Assembly (NCBI GenBank): GCA_002633005.1
Contig: NMRA01000322.1
Span: 310,001 to 374,000 of the forward strand
Direction of reading: 5' to 3'
Length of the DNA: 64,000 bases
From: Phoronis australis
Lineage: Eukaryota > Animalia > Phoronida
The position numbers were made by a program, and so were the translations under genes. The notes below the pieces were generated by a model, which worked only from the letters and a program-made list of their open reading frames with translations, searched no databases and was not told the origin of the DNA. This document shows, piece after piece, positions 12,687 to 26,500 of the stretch. Each line of letters begins with the position of its first letter. The first letter of the stretch is position 1.

Positions 12687-14353
12687 AATGTTGCTCAAAA
12701 CAGAAAGCAACATTGATATCCCGAGGTTCATATAACCTGATATGCCCCAGTGATCGGTCTATATTCATTTTGTTATATGATCAACAATGCTTCTTTCCTC
12801 TGATTTCTTCGTTCATGTTTTTCCAGCTTTGATGAAGAACATTATCTACTCATTTGTTTAAACCATTGGGGTCATGGTTGTAGAAGCGTGTAGGTGGTCA
12901 GATCACAACTAGTGACATCTGACGTCTGAGCACCTTAAATGAGAACAGCTGTGGAACACCACCACATAATGTAAGTTTTAGCCAATCAGAGGAAAGAAGT
13001 ATCAGTTAATTTGTCCAACATTTTTCTCTTCAAGACCAAACAACAGATCAACCTCAACACCATAACGATGAGTAACTTCAAATAGTAAAGAATAATATCG
13101 GTTAGTAAAAGGACATTAGTTTTAAATCATTATTTAAAAATAAGAGATTTCAAACTAGCTTCCATGACCACCAAATACAAGCAGTTGTTATCGCAGTTAG
13201 GAAGCATATAGATCTGGCTGATCATGTTGAAAATGAACAAATGAACTCTCACCATGTTAATGATATTGTAAATGACCATATAATGTCCATACAGTTGACC
13301 ATGACGGCGTTTTCCTGTTCAGTGACTTTACCAGACGTAGGGGGTTCTGAACTTGTGGTAACATCTAGCTCCTTTGTTAACAGCTAAGCACACTCTTTTG
13401 TTTGTTAGGACAAGCAGGCCAACTATCTACCAGGCTTATTACAGACCACATGTGAACACAGTCAAACTCAGAGTGAATTGGTACGTTCGGAAAAAATAGA
13501 TTGTCACAACTTCGATTGCAGTTGGACGATTTTGGCGATTCAAAAACTAAACATGATCACCATTTGATGAAGATTTCAGAAATACTATTGGTTTATGTTC
13601 AAATATGTTATAACTTAACTTTTATTTTTAACAGCGCAACCCAGTCAGGGTAGACACAATCTTATTGGAGATTAGAGCAATTATTGAACAAAAGAGAGCT
13701 GGCCCTCCAACCATAAATGCCAGAATGAGTTAATCAGTCATGTAAGATATTGGCTACAGGGGTAAACTTCCCAACTTGTTGTTGGGCTATAGAATCGAAC
13801 AAGTTGGGAGCAACGGGAAAACGCCGTAATGCCAAAATTGGTAATAAATGTAGTAAATATAGGCATCCCGTTTGTGCGTCAGTGTAACTTTTAGCTTTGA
13901 GTGAAAACAAAAACATTGCTAAAACAGTCTACGCTTTAAAATAATCTCCCAAGTTTCAACATGAAGTAAATACGCTCTCAATTCCAATAACGGCATAGTG
14001 TAATTGTCAAAAATTACAAAAAATCATACAAGTTAGAGAGGCGATTATAATGACACCGGTTTTCTAAAGATTTGGGCACAACCTATCTTATTACAAAATT
14101 GACTACGGCAGTTCTTGCAACCACAACCAGTACAAATGGAATCAACAAGAAATCACTGCATAAAACATGCAACATTCACTGTGGCACAATAAGGTCGTTC
14201 TCAAATTAGCTACGAGAAATTTCAGAGCAAATGCCACAGTGCAAACGTTTACTTTGCAAACTAAGGCTCAGCAGCCTTGCATCATCAAAGACTAGGAGTA
14301 GAATCACAAACATGAAAAGAGACTGTAAAATTGTACACGCGTATCAAGTCAGT

Positions 14354-14411
14354 GGTGACCTTATTGCCGAGGGTGACCTTATTGCCGAGGGTGACCTTAT
14401 TGCCGAGGGTA
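14354..14411. repeat. 18-bp tandem repeat x3 in the proximal G6PD 3' UTR
   Basis: GGTGACCTTATTGCCGAG x3. Confidence 0.9.
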
Positions 14412-14472
14412 ACACTTCCACATTCCAAGTTAGTGCCCGATCATTTCCTGATAGTGATTTCAGGTATTGCAA

Positions 14473-14557
14473 CTATAAGCGCGGAGTCCACTTGTACGTG
14501 CCTGAATACCTGAAGCCAAGTCTGTCACACATGTGATCGTTCTCTTTAGGCCCTCGA
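14473..14557 (-). CDS. G6PD: G6PD terminal coding exon (SRGP...GTYKWTPRL*)
   Basis: TTTTTAG acceptor, conserved SRGP and GTYKW, TAG stop at 14473-14475. Confidence 0.92.
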
Positions 14558-17500
14558 CTAAAAACAGAAATTATGCAAACAAATTCATGACAGTCAGATC
14601 AGTTGACACAAACCTCTGACATACAGCGCTGTGAAAAGTTGAAAGCGGTTTTGATTTGACGCCTATGAACCAAATGAGCCGAGTTGATAAAGGCAAAATG
14701 AAACGACACTTTGAGACATTGGATATTTTTGCATATATCATTTCACTACATGATGATCGTAAATAACTTATAAAAACATGTCAAATCACAAAAGTGAACT
14801 GTAGGTGGAGTTGAATGTACTTCATGGTGGTATTGCCACCTGGCGATTAAGCGAATTTCATCGTGTAAACACGGTTTCCAATTGAGGATGCACACTGTGA
14901 TTGTGCACTAGTGTAGAGAACTTGCTAGACAGGGTCTGACTATCTGGAGAACAATGACATCAGCAGACTGAGTGATGCAATTGCCTACAACAGCATGGTA
15001 TCTTTGATCAATGTGGCAGATTTTGAGGTACGCAAACCATTTGATTTGCAGTAATCTCAACCACTAACGATCATTCTTTTCATATATGGCTAACCATTTT
15101 AAACTTTTGTGACACCTGGCAGCATGTGACACAACTGTCAAAGTTTCAAGAAAGTCCAGTGAAGCTTTGCAAATTTCTTACATCACACTTTACCACTGGA
15201 TGAATTATAACTCTATTGCGACAATGTTTAGATTTTGTTAAAATTAAATATGGAGACCTGATGTTTTTCCAATATATTCAAAATCAACACTAGTCGGTTG
15301 TGATGTCCAATAAAATCAGGTCATCTCAAATAACACACTTGTTTTTTGAAACTGTGTAATTCTCATATGTTCAACATAAATTCTCACCCAGCACATAATC
15401 AGTAGTGGTTACATAAGTGCTTCTATTGTTCTGACGATGGCAAATGTCAACCAACTCAATTGATAATGTGACAGTGCTAACACTAAACCTTCACTAGGCA
15501 ATGCACCCCCAGACTTACTTATTTCATATCAAAATGTCTGTGATCCATTCGTCAACTAAGTTAACCACTCTATCACTTTATTATATTATTTGTTGTCTAA
15601 CATGCTAACACATATTTTATTTCATCCTTTTAACCTTATCTTACCTATAATCTTTTTTCAATTTGTATTGTACAGCATACATATATGTACTTTTAAACAC
15701 AATAACAATAAAATAATAACAATAAAAATAATAGTAGGCAATGGGTTTCCATAACAGGTAAACCTTCACTCACCTGCCATAGACATATTTGACGGGTTGT
15801 ACCATCTCCGCCTCTATCTGGTGAAGGAGAGGAGTGAAGATACGCCACGCCTCCACCAGCTCGTCTGAGCGGACAAAATGCATCTGACTTCCTGTGAACA
15901 CGTCCAACACGAGTCTCTCATAGGCACCGGGCATTTTGATGTCCTGTATGAGAAGTATCAGATAATGAGAAACTACAGATATGTGTATCAAGAAAATCTA
16001 AACCATCATCAAATCAGTAATGCTTCAGTTGAAAATGCTTTGGGAGGGTAGCAACATCTGCCACAGATAAAAGATGCGCTACAAAAAGATGGTGTGCAAG
16101 TCAATAGAAGGCAACAGTACAGAACACATGATTGAAGTCATAAACTGAGAAATCGCTGTCATTCTTGAAAACACACATGCACGGACTATTCACTTGAAGC
16201 CCAGATATAATGCTTACTAGACTAAGTGCTTTCTGGGCTTAAATCTTATCACACATTGTATGTTTCACAGTAAACATGACAAGACTGTACATGCAACCTA
16301 CCTTGTATCTGTTGTTGTATGTTAGGTCAAGCTCCGTCTCTTCACAACCAATCTGCATGCCTGGTTTCTTAGTCATGCACTTTACGTAGACTGCTTCACC
16401 GGGCTGCACACGAATTACCAGCTCATTACGCTGGGTCTCGGCAAAAATGTCACCAGGTACGTCTTTAAACTGCACACGCACCTCAGCCTTCTTTTCGTTT
16501 AAAGCTGCAGCCAAGATAATAATAATTTAATCAGGATTATTATAGAATAACCAGAGCAACATAGAGCATTGAAATGCGCCCACGACTGCAATGCAAACGG
16601 TGTGCTCCTAATGGTATTTTTAGTAACATAAAAATCGCTATAAGAAGGCACAGAATACGCCAAACCCGGTCGAAATTGGAAAAGCATCATCTCTCTATTA
16701 CAAAACTATTTGCTAATTCCTGAAAATTCACCAAGGAACTCCAAAGACACAAACGCAGACGTTAAAAAACAAATTGCCATTAGCAGGCACAGTGATAGTA
16801 AAATCCATCCATCTGTAGTCAAGTAAATAGGAATAGGACTAGACTTGACAAATTGTGATCTTGCAAGGGGCTTAGTACATACAGTCGCAGATGCGAAAAT
16901 GGTGCCACTAGGAGGCACCACAGTACTTGGACCAATCTGAAAATGCACGCAAGTTATGCTCATGTCGGTAGGAACACATATTCCAATTTTCATAATGATC
17001 CTCTGAGCGGTTTGACGGACGCATAATCAGACATCAAAAAAGAGGACTACAAAATAATTGACGTGGCCTCTCGGTGACGCAGAATACATCGAATTCATCA
17101 CAAATTAGAAAGATGCCGTCATCTTCACATTAGAAAGTTGTTTGCCAAAGTACAAAAAAAAAACATTGAAGAGGATATAGAGGCAAGGGTAAAAAGTAAA
17201 ATTAGGGAAGCATAGCAGTAGCCAGAGCCATCCAAAAACTCACAGGCAACCATTGCCACATCTATAGGAAAACAGCTGCAAAAGTTCATAACCATGCAAA
17301 GAAATCAGGAGCTGTAGCCATGGTCACAAAAAAATACCAAATCACCACTGGGGGATGCCACAGGTGTCACAACCATCAAAAAATCAAAGTCAGCCATGGT
17401 CCTCTCATTGGAAACACAAATGCTATGATTCATAATGATCCTCTGAGGAGTTTGGCAGATAGAGAGGCAGACGATAAAAAAACTAATTCGAAATCCTAAA

Positions 17501-20500
17501 AATGGCCACTAGGTGGTGCTAAATACACTGAATCTGTCCAAAAATGTAAAGACATCATTGTCGCCTTAATAGAAAACTATATACTAAATTTCAAAAAAAA
17601 TACATCAATGAATTCCAAGGAAACAGGGCAAACGTAACAAATCTAAACCTGCCACTAAGGGGGTACACCAGTCCTGTGTCGAAGGTCAGAAACTCATCAC
17701 CTGTTATCTTCTGATATCTGCCATATTTCACAAAGTTCCTCCAGAGAGTTCAGTACGCAAAAAATAACAAAAATAGCTACTAGGGGTCGCCACAATAGTC
17801 GAATCTGTCCCAAAATGCATGTCAGCTGCAGCCTTCTCATCAGGAAAATATCTGCCAATTTTCATGATCCTTTAAGCAGTTTGGCAGATAAGAAGGAAGA
17901 TGTCAAAAATACTTCAAAAAATTTTTACACTACCACCAGGTGGTGCAGAATATGTCAGATCCATCCAAAACAGTAAGGCGTTACCATCTTCTTAAAGAAA
18001 CCTATTTGCTAGATTTCCTGAAAATCCATCAATGAACTCCAAAGATTTAGAGGCAAACGTAAAAAAACTGCTACAAGGGGGCACCCCTGTAGTGATACTG
18101 GTCTGAAACTTGTCGTCATCCTCTATCATCTCCATAGGAACAAATCTGCCAAGTTTCACAAAGATCCGCCATAGAGTTATGGAGATAATGCCGTATGAAC
18201 AAAAAAACTAAAATTGCCACTAGGGATCGCCACAGTGGTCGAACTAGTCCGAAAACCAGTGTCAGCCACAGACTTCTCATCAGGAACAAATCAGCCAATT
18301 TTCATAATGATCTTTTGAGCAGTTTGGCAAATAGAAAGGTGGACGTCAAATACTCAAATTTTTTTTTAATTCCACCAAGTGGCGCAGAATAAGAATGACA
18401 TCAAATCTGTTCAAAAATGGGAGGGCGTTATCATTTCTTTAACAGAGTCCAGACTTCTATTTGGTAAATTTCATAAACTCCAAAGATAGCGAGAGGCAAA
18501 TGTAAAAATCTAATTGCCACTAGTGGGCAGAGCTGTAGTCGAATCAGTCCAATGCTCCTCGCCCTCTGTCGCTCTGCCAAATCTCATTATGATCCTGCAA
18601 GGGGTTTAAGCGATGCAGCCAGATGCCCGGATGCCCCGATGGAGTTGGCAGCAATATGCACCCACATATTTATATGTAAAAGTGTAAACTTCAGAAGCTA
18701 TCAGTGAACTCTAATCATCCCCCTCCACTTTCTCACATGGGCTATTCAGAAAGGCACAAGATAGCGCTGCACAAAACGGTATATATTCAGCAGATAGACA
18801 CTTTTCTGTCACAAAATCTACGTTTAAGTTTTATAAAGACCTACAAAATATGGTATAAGTAGATGGATCATATGCAAAAACAAATAAAACTGCCATTTTA
18901 AAGTGCAGCACTAATTAAAAGAAATATTCACAGTTCACTGGATGTCTCTCTTCTTGTTACTTCAATAATGAACTTTGCTGTTAAGTTGATTGTTACTGTG
19001 AAGTAATGTAGAGCATGACTCATACCTGATGATAAGATATTTTGAAAATCAAAACGTTGATCATGAACATCATTATCATTAGCGCAGTTAGCTTCCTATT
19101 AATACGATATTTCTTACTAATTTCTGACATCTTCATTCATCGTATGATTGTTATCATCACATTCAACATCCACCATCATTATCATCGTCGTCATCGTCAT
19201 CATCTCCATTGCCATTCATGTTCAGTCAATAACACCAAGTGTCGCTCCTCTGAGCGCTTTCAGTATATGGCGTTGACATTGGACCACAATATCTTCAATG
19301 AAACTTGCACTTTCAAAACAGGGGAATGTCATCAATAAATGGCTTTGTCCAAGAACGATTTCCGCACCTTTAAAAATTCCAGGTGTGTCAGAGTTACTGA
19401 AACTAACCTTTGCCACAACGAAGAATGAATGGGACGCCATCCCAGCGTTCATTCTTAATGTTGAAGGCTGCAGTAGCAAAGGTTGGTGTGATAGAGTCTT
19501 TGGGTACGGTGGGGTCATCAGTGTAGCCCAGCTTGGCATCTCCCTCACCCTTGGGATTACCAACATACTGCCCCAGGATTGTATCCTCAAGTGTCAACGG
19601 GCTGATGCAACGCAGCACTTTCACCTGATAAAATGAAAATAAAAAGTTAAAAACATATAGGACCTGTTTTGCAAACAAGCTATTTGCAATTAATACAAGA
19701 ATTCTACTATGACTCAACCATTTGTAAAAGCACTTGATTTGAAGCAATTGCAGTAATAAAATTGATCTCCGCAGAGAATGGAAGTGATTTGTGACTTTCG
19801 GGGAGAATTATCAATTCATTATTGGTCAAGACAAAGCACAATAAGTTCAGTGACCAAGCCTATCATTCCATGTGTCAAGCTAAGTCACATGACTAGGCGT
19901 ATTATATCATGTGCCAAGCCTAGTCACATGACCAAGTGTATCATTTCATGTGTCAAGCCTAATCACATGACCAAGTGTATCATTTCATGTGCCAAGCCTA
20001 GTCACAACCAATGACTGCAGACTATTCTTCCCAAGTCCACAAACTCCTTCTAATTTGAGCAAGTAACAAGCCAGGCCCACCTTTATAATTGGTTGTCTAT
20101 ATCGCAAGTTAGTCTTTTTGATAGAAAGCCGGTTTATAGCAACTTTAAAAAAAGAGTGCAGGTGGTCTGATGTCATTTGGGGTGCATCAGACGAGTGCAG
20201 GATTCATGATTGGACCCATAGCAGAAAACATTTGATCTAAAACTCACGAGAGCCTTGCTACCGATCAACAAGTTCTTTGTGAAGATTTTCAAGTCTGCGT
20301 GTCTCCTTTAAGAAAGCGGACAGACTTTTCCATTTGTTGCCAAGCACAATATGTTATAGGCATGCAACAATGCAATCCAGTAGCTTACTCCATAGTAACT
20401 TTAAAGGGGAAGTAGCGACTTTTGATGTTACCTAAAGTAGCAAGAGCAACGCAGAGCATTGAAATGTGCCCATGACCAAACCGCAAATGCTGTGTTTCTA

Positions 20501-23500
20501 GGGGTTTATTACACTAAAAATGGACATTAAACTGCATAGAATATATTGAACCCATTTGAAAATGGGAAGGAGTCATCATCTCTCAAAGTTTTATGCCAAA
20601 TTTCATGAAAATCCGTCCAAAAACTTCAAAAATACACAGGTAAACGCAAAAAATATATTGTCATTAGAAACCACAGCAGTAGACGAATGAATCAGTCGCT
20701 ATGTTGTCAAGTTAATAGAAATACAACTGCAAAGTTTCAAAACCATCTTGCAAGGAGTTTAAGAGCTACATCCGTCTATGTGAAAAAATGTCACCAGGGG
20801 GCACCAGAGTACTTGGACCTGTCTGAGGTCAATGAGAAGTAGGACATTGTCTCTTCAATAAAAGTGATTGCAGAACCAAGATGCCGGCCCTTAGTCATTC
20901 CGGTTTATGTCATTTTGTATTGCTCAATAAATACCTGTCAAGAAAACAGAAATTAAGATGGAAAAATATCTCTCCAATATAACTAGGGACTTGGATCTTT
21001 ACAAAATGTAATGTCAAAAACAGTTGCTTTCATGAATTAATTTCAAACAATAATGCTCTTTGTATCACATTGGTACTGCCTACAATAGCAGTCTTATTGT
21101 ATTTATTTATTTATTATTGTGATATTTAAAATGAGGGTGGCCTCTTCAGTGATAGCACTGCTTTCCAAGAGGGCCCTCAACAAGAAAAACAGTAATATAA
21201 TACAATGAAGTAATAAAACAACAATGAAATATACGTAACAAAGATACAGCAGTTGTTGGAGGATCTAGTTTGTGGACGTTACACATGTTCATTATGGTCA
21301 TACTGTCTTCTCTTTGTAATTATCAGAGTGTTTGAAGAGGAAATGAAATGTATTCCAACAGCCACTGCCATTAAGTAGTTTTAACCAAAGTGACACCAAC
21401 GGAACATTTCTCTGTACGGAAGACATAACAAGGGCCAAACTGACAAAAAAGTGATGTTGCATGCAGACCTTTTCATCTCTAATATCTTCAGGGTTAGTTG
21501 AAACTGGTTTCTCCATGGCAACCAAGCAGAGTATTTGCAGCAAGTGATTCTGCATAACATCTCTGAAATTTGGATAATAACATGTTAAACACCGTGAAAC
21601 AGTGGAAAGTAGGACATACATAAAATTGAAAACCTAAAGCTCAAAGAACAAAAATCCCAACATGACTTTGAAAAGTGGGTGAAATTTAACCCCATATGCA
21701 ATAGTTACTATCAATCGTAAAAAACAATTAATTATCACTAAGCACAACTGAGAATACACTCATAGCTTCTAGTTACTAAATTTTTATAAATTATTTCTAG
21801 GCTGTAGTATGCTTATAATTACATGGCTGAACCTTTATTCATCAATTGTGAAGTGGAACTAGAACATCAAATTTCTGTCTTGTGTCTAAGGTCCCTTTTC
21901 ATCAGACCACAAGTAACTTTTCCACAAATTATTAATTTCAGTGACCTGTCCTTAACAAACCTTATGATGCCAAATTCATCAAAATATCCACCGCGTCCAA
22001 AGGTTCCAAAAGGTTCTTTGAATGATATAACAACAGCTGCGACATTTTCACGGTTCCAAATAGGACTGAAGATTCGGTTGGCAAACCTAAAAAAACAGGG
22101 ATAAACGTCGTTTTGTGTTCACTTGTTTGTAAGTCAGACTTTTGCTGCCAGTCATCACAAGGCATTACACATTCTGTTGTCAAAGGGCCAGAGAACATCA
22201 GCACACCATACTATACCACAATATAACTACTATTGTCATGCAGGGATTCACGCAGTCACAACAAATTGCCTAATATGGTAAAAATACCTTTGTGTTGTTA
22301 GGTTTCATGTTCCATGGTAAGGATTTACATCCCATTGCCTATGTATATGAACACAGTGAAAATGATAATTTTTACACTCATGAATCAAGTTATAGACAAG
22401 TTTCCTGCCAAGAAACAGTACCTGTCCCTGTATTCAGGTTGATTCATCACCAAAAGTAAAGGGTTAGGCCAAAAGAAGCGTAGTTGGTTCCGGTCTGTTT
22501 TTTTTTTTGAAATTCAAGTCACTGATGTGATATTTTTGATTGCTCATTTTTCAAAAAAAGAAAATTCACCAGAGGTGAGCAACAATGGCAAATTTCACAA
22601 CTCAAATACAATTAGTTTACTCATCTGTCTAGGAAAATATCACATCTACCAACAAAGACTCAGAAATGCTTCTCCTTTTCAAAACTTCATGCAAATCCAT
22701 CAAGTTAGTCCAAAGATACAGAGGCAAACATAAAAATCTAAAATTGTCACTAGGGGGCAGAGGAGTAGTCGAAACAGTCCAAAACTCATAGTCGTCTGTT
22801 GTCAGTTTCATAGGAACACATCTGTCAAATCTCAAGGGATTTAGTAGATTCAGCCGCGGACGCCGGACACACAAGACAGAGACAACCTCAAAATGCGCCC
22901 ACATATGACCTATATCGAGACCGGATAACATTAAACAACGAATTAACAAGGTAAAACAGTAGCTTCCTAACCTTAATGGGAGTGAAGAGTCGCACCCGTT
23001 AAGGCAATTGTTTTTATAATTTTACTGGATTTTGAGTTGTTTTACCTTTTTCTACACTGACAACCTTGCTTACGTGCATTGGCTGAAATTGATGCAAGTG
23101 AACATTTTCTTCTTTTTTTAGTTGATTAGCGCAGTTCTCAAAATGAGCAGTACCAACTATGCCTTTTTGGCCATCAAAACCTGTCTGTAGAAGTATGCCA
23201 ACTAATTCATTCTTGACTTGCCTTAGTACCATTAAGTTCTGTACCATCTCCTTTCCCAGGTAGTGATCGATGCGGTATATCTCCTGCTCCGTGAACAGAG
23301 ACGCCAGATGGTTGGATAACACAGCCGAACTTGCAGAGTCCTTGCCAAATGGCTTTTCCACTATAATACGAGTCCACCTTTTGCTGAAGCCACAAGCAGA
23401 TTTTATGAAAATAAACCGTAAAGAATACTTTGCTGTAAGTTGAAGTGGCCAACAAGGGGCGCTACAATGGCCAACAAGGAGCGCTACAATGGCCAACAAG

Positions 23501-26500
23501 GGGTGCTACAATGGCCAACAAGGGGCACTACAATGGCCAACAAGGGGTGCTACAATGGCCAACAAGGGGTGCTACAATGGCCAACAAGGGGCGCCACAAT
23601 GCTCATACACATCCAAAGATCAAACAAGTGCTAAAGCATTTCTTCAAACTCAAGTCTGAGTCTTTGTGTCCATTTGTTTTAAAGTTATAGGAACAATTAC
23701 AAGAATATCGATTCAAAAATTAAAATTGCCAATGGGTCTACTAAGGAAATTGAATCTATATATGTGAAAATCGACACCTGCTGATGCACCACTGCCATAA
23801 ACCTTTGTGTTAAGGTTTGTTCCACTGTGTCAGATGATTTGAGATAATTAGAAAGCAAGCTGAACACAACAAGAAGTGGACGACGGACAGGATGTCAACA
23901 ACATGAACTCAAAAAACTTCTGAAAATAATCAGATGCCGATTCAGCAGAAAGTTGGACAAAAAATGTGATCAAAACACGTCATAAGTTTTGATTAAGGTT
24001 ACATTACTTACCCACTAGCCATGCAATGTGCCTTAATATTGGTTGTCACAGACTGAAAGACACTAGGGGGTAGCGCTAAGTAGAATAGCCTGTTGGCAGA
24101 GCCGTACTCCGACAGGACAGCGTTGAGCTTCTTGAAGGCCTCAGGGTCATCATATGACCCTTGCACATACCGGTTCACTTTAAAGAAGTTCTCACTCGCT
24201 GCCTTCTGGTCTGGTTTAACCTGATCCAAGTACAGTAAAAATATTCACTTTTACAAGATTATACAGCACTATAAAGTAGTGCATCTGCACTATAAAGTAG
24301 TGCATCAACAGGAAGCCCAGTCTAATAACTTTCATGTCATTCATCCAATACCTAACTACAAGTGGTTGAGTTTTACCTTCAGCTACTATCTGAGGGTGGC
24401 TTCCACTTCGAACCATGGCTTCTGTTAAAATCAAAGTATTCAACAGTTTCAAGGTGTAAATTATATCAGGTCAATCTGCGTCTATTACAAATCTGCAAAA
24501 AGTAGCATCACTGAATTGGTTTCTCTGTTAAAGTCGACTAAACAACTGCACCTCTTCTATGGAAAACAGGGACTTCTGATCAAGACCGATTTTCAGATGG
24601 GAAAATATTGTAGAGTAGCACTAGTAGTTTGAATACCACGTTTGCTGGCACTGCACTATATGTAGTCTCTTGACTCCTTATGTTTGGTCTTAACAAGAGT
24701 GAGTGTCACGGAGTGAAAGTGAACAGGAATTTGTTGAGTGCCTAGATGGACAATGGTGATCATCCAGTCGTTACATAAACAGACCCAAAAGGACGAGAAA
24801 GACAGATGAAAAACCAAAAGGACGAGATTGAGATGGGAAGGACTGTTTTATCATTTTCCCACTGAAAAGGTTCACAATTATACTTTGTTCGAGATCATAA
24901 TATTTGTGCTATCAGATCAATATCTTATGAATGCCTCACTCACAAAGTCATTGAGATATTGTTACAGTTGTATCCACTTTGCTGGCACAGTACTGCCATA
25001 TATGCTTATACTGAGGCACCTATAATCAAAATTATGCATTTTTTCGACAGGGCTTTTCTAGAATATAGATGGGGTGGACCTGGTAATGACCAGGGTGTGA
25101 AATTGGTGGCAACGAGGAGGGGGAAATAGGCACAGCTTTGCATAAACACTCGTGGGCTTCAATACACATATATACGGCAATGATATGCACCTGCACTAAA
25201 AAATTTATTTTGTGAATAAAATAAATTCACTTCCTGAAAATATATTCAGAACAGTTGGTGTTGTACTACCTGGAATGTCTAATTCAAAATTCAATTCACA
25301 TTGCGAGTTTGCCACAAACAAGAATTCTACTTTCAGAACCCCCCCCCTTTCCATTTCCTGTCCAGCCTTCTCCATTTTTCCCATGCCCAAGGTCAACCTT
25401 TCCCCATCTGAATATCCCTTTTTCGCCCATCACCAGACCCTGCTTGCTACCACCTCACAAAGCCTGATAGTTCCCATCACCATGCCTTTCACAGCTGCTA
25501 TCCACCAACACACGGTGACATGCTGGCCATTCGGCAATGAAATGAGCTTTTCCAAAATGAAAAAACAACAGCTTCGGCTATAATTTAGTTCATATTTGAA
25601 TCTGCATGCTCTGATAAGATCAAATTTGTTCCCCATCTGTTTTTTAATTGATAATTGAGTCAGAGGTGTGGTATTCTTGTTTTATAGGTAAGCCCACATT
25701 TTTACCGAAATAAAATTTATCTGGGACGACCAAGAAATGGTGCAAATTTTTTTTATTCATCGCTTGACAAATCATGGTGTTTCAAACCTTGCTTAGCGCT
25801 GCTTATTCACTTTGTACAGTTAAAAGCCTTCAGTGAGACCTTCGGTGAAATTGACGCGGTGGGTGTTTATTATGTCAATGACCACAGGCCTCACAATAAT
25901 AAGTTGGGCTACAGATCAGATACAACAATTCTTTTCTGCCCTAACATTACCTTCATAAATGGAAGACATTTTTCCTTGACTTGATCAACAGTGAGCTGCG
26001 ACCTGGCATAACCCACAAAGTATGTGCTTTTAGGTAGCAGACCATCTCTGTACAACCACCTGATATCAACGAGAAATGAGACATCTTCACAACACTCATT
26101 AAACTGCAAACAAAATTGCACAACTTCGTACACCCAAAATAAAATAAACAACTCCTCCTTTTCGACTTTGAAACAAATGATACTATTTCGGTTTAAAAAT
26201 TATACCACAAATCAATGATGTCTAAAAGTATGAAAAAGCTTTTGTTAAGAATAAATTCCTTTCAAAAAACATTTTAATGTTTCAAATAATTGTCTCCATA
26301 ACTTGCATGTATTTTTGCCATGTACTCATGATTAAAATCTAACAAGAATACCAAGACACAGGTTAAAGGGTAAGTAGACCACCTCATACACTTGAAGGCA
26401 CAAGAAATTGATGGTTATGTCTGAAAATTCTCTTAGTATCACACAGCCACATTCTTGAAGGATTACTTGAAAAATAACCAGGAGAGAGAAGAAATTTAAC

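Noticed and set aside
14340-14472. Stop-codon read-through extension of G6PD
   Set aside because: TAG-T is not a leaky context, and the open frame is partly due to the 18-bp repeat with no targeting signal at its end.
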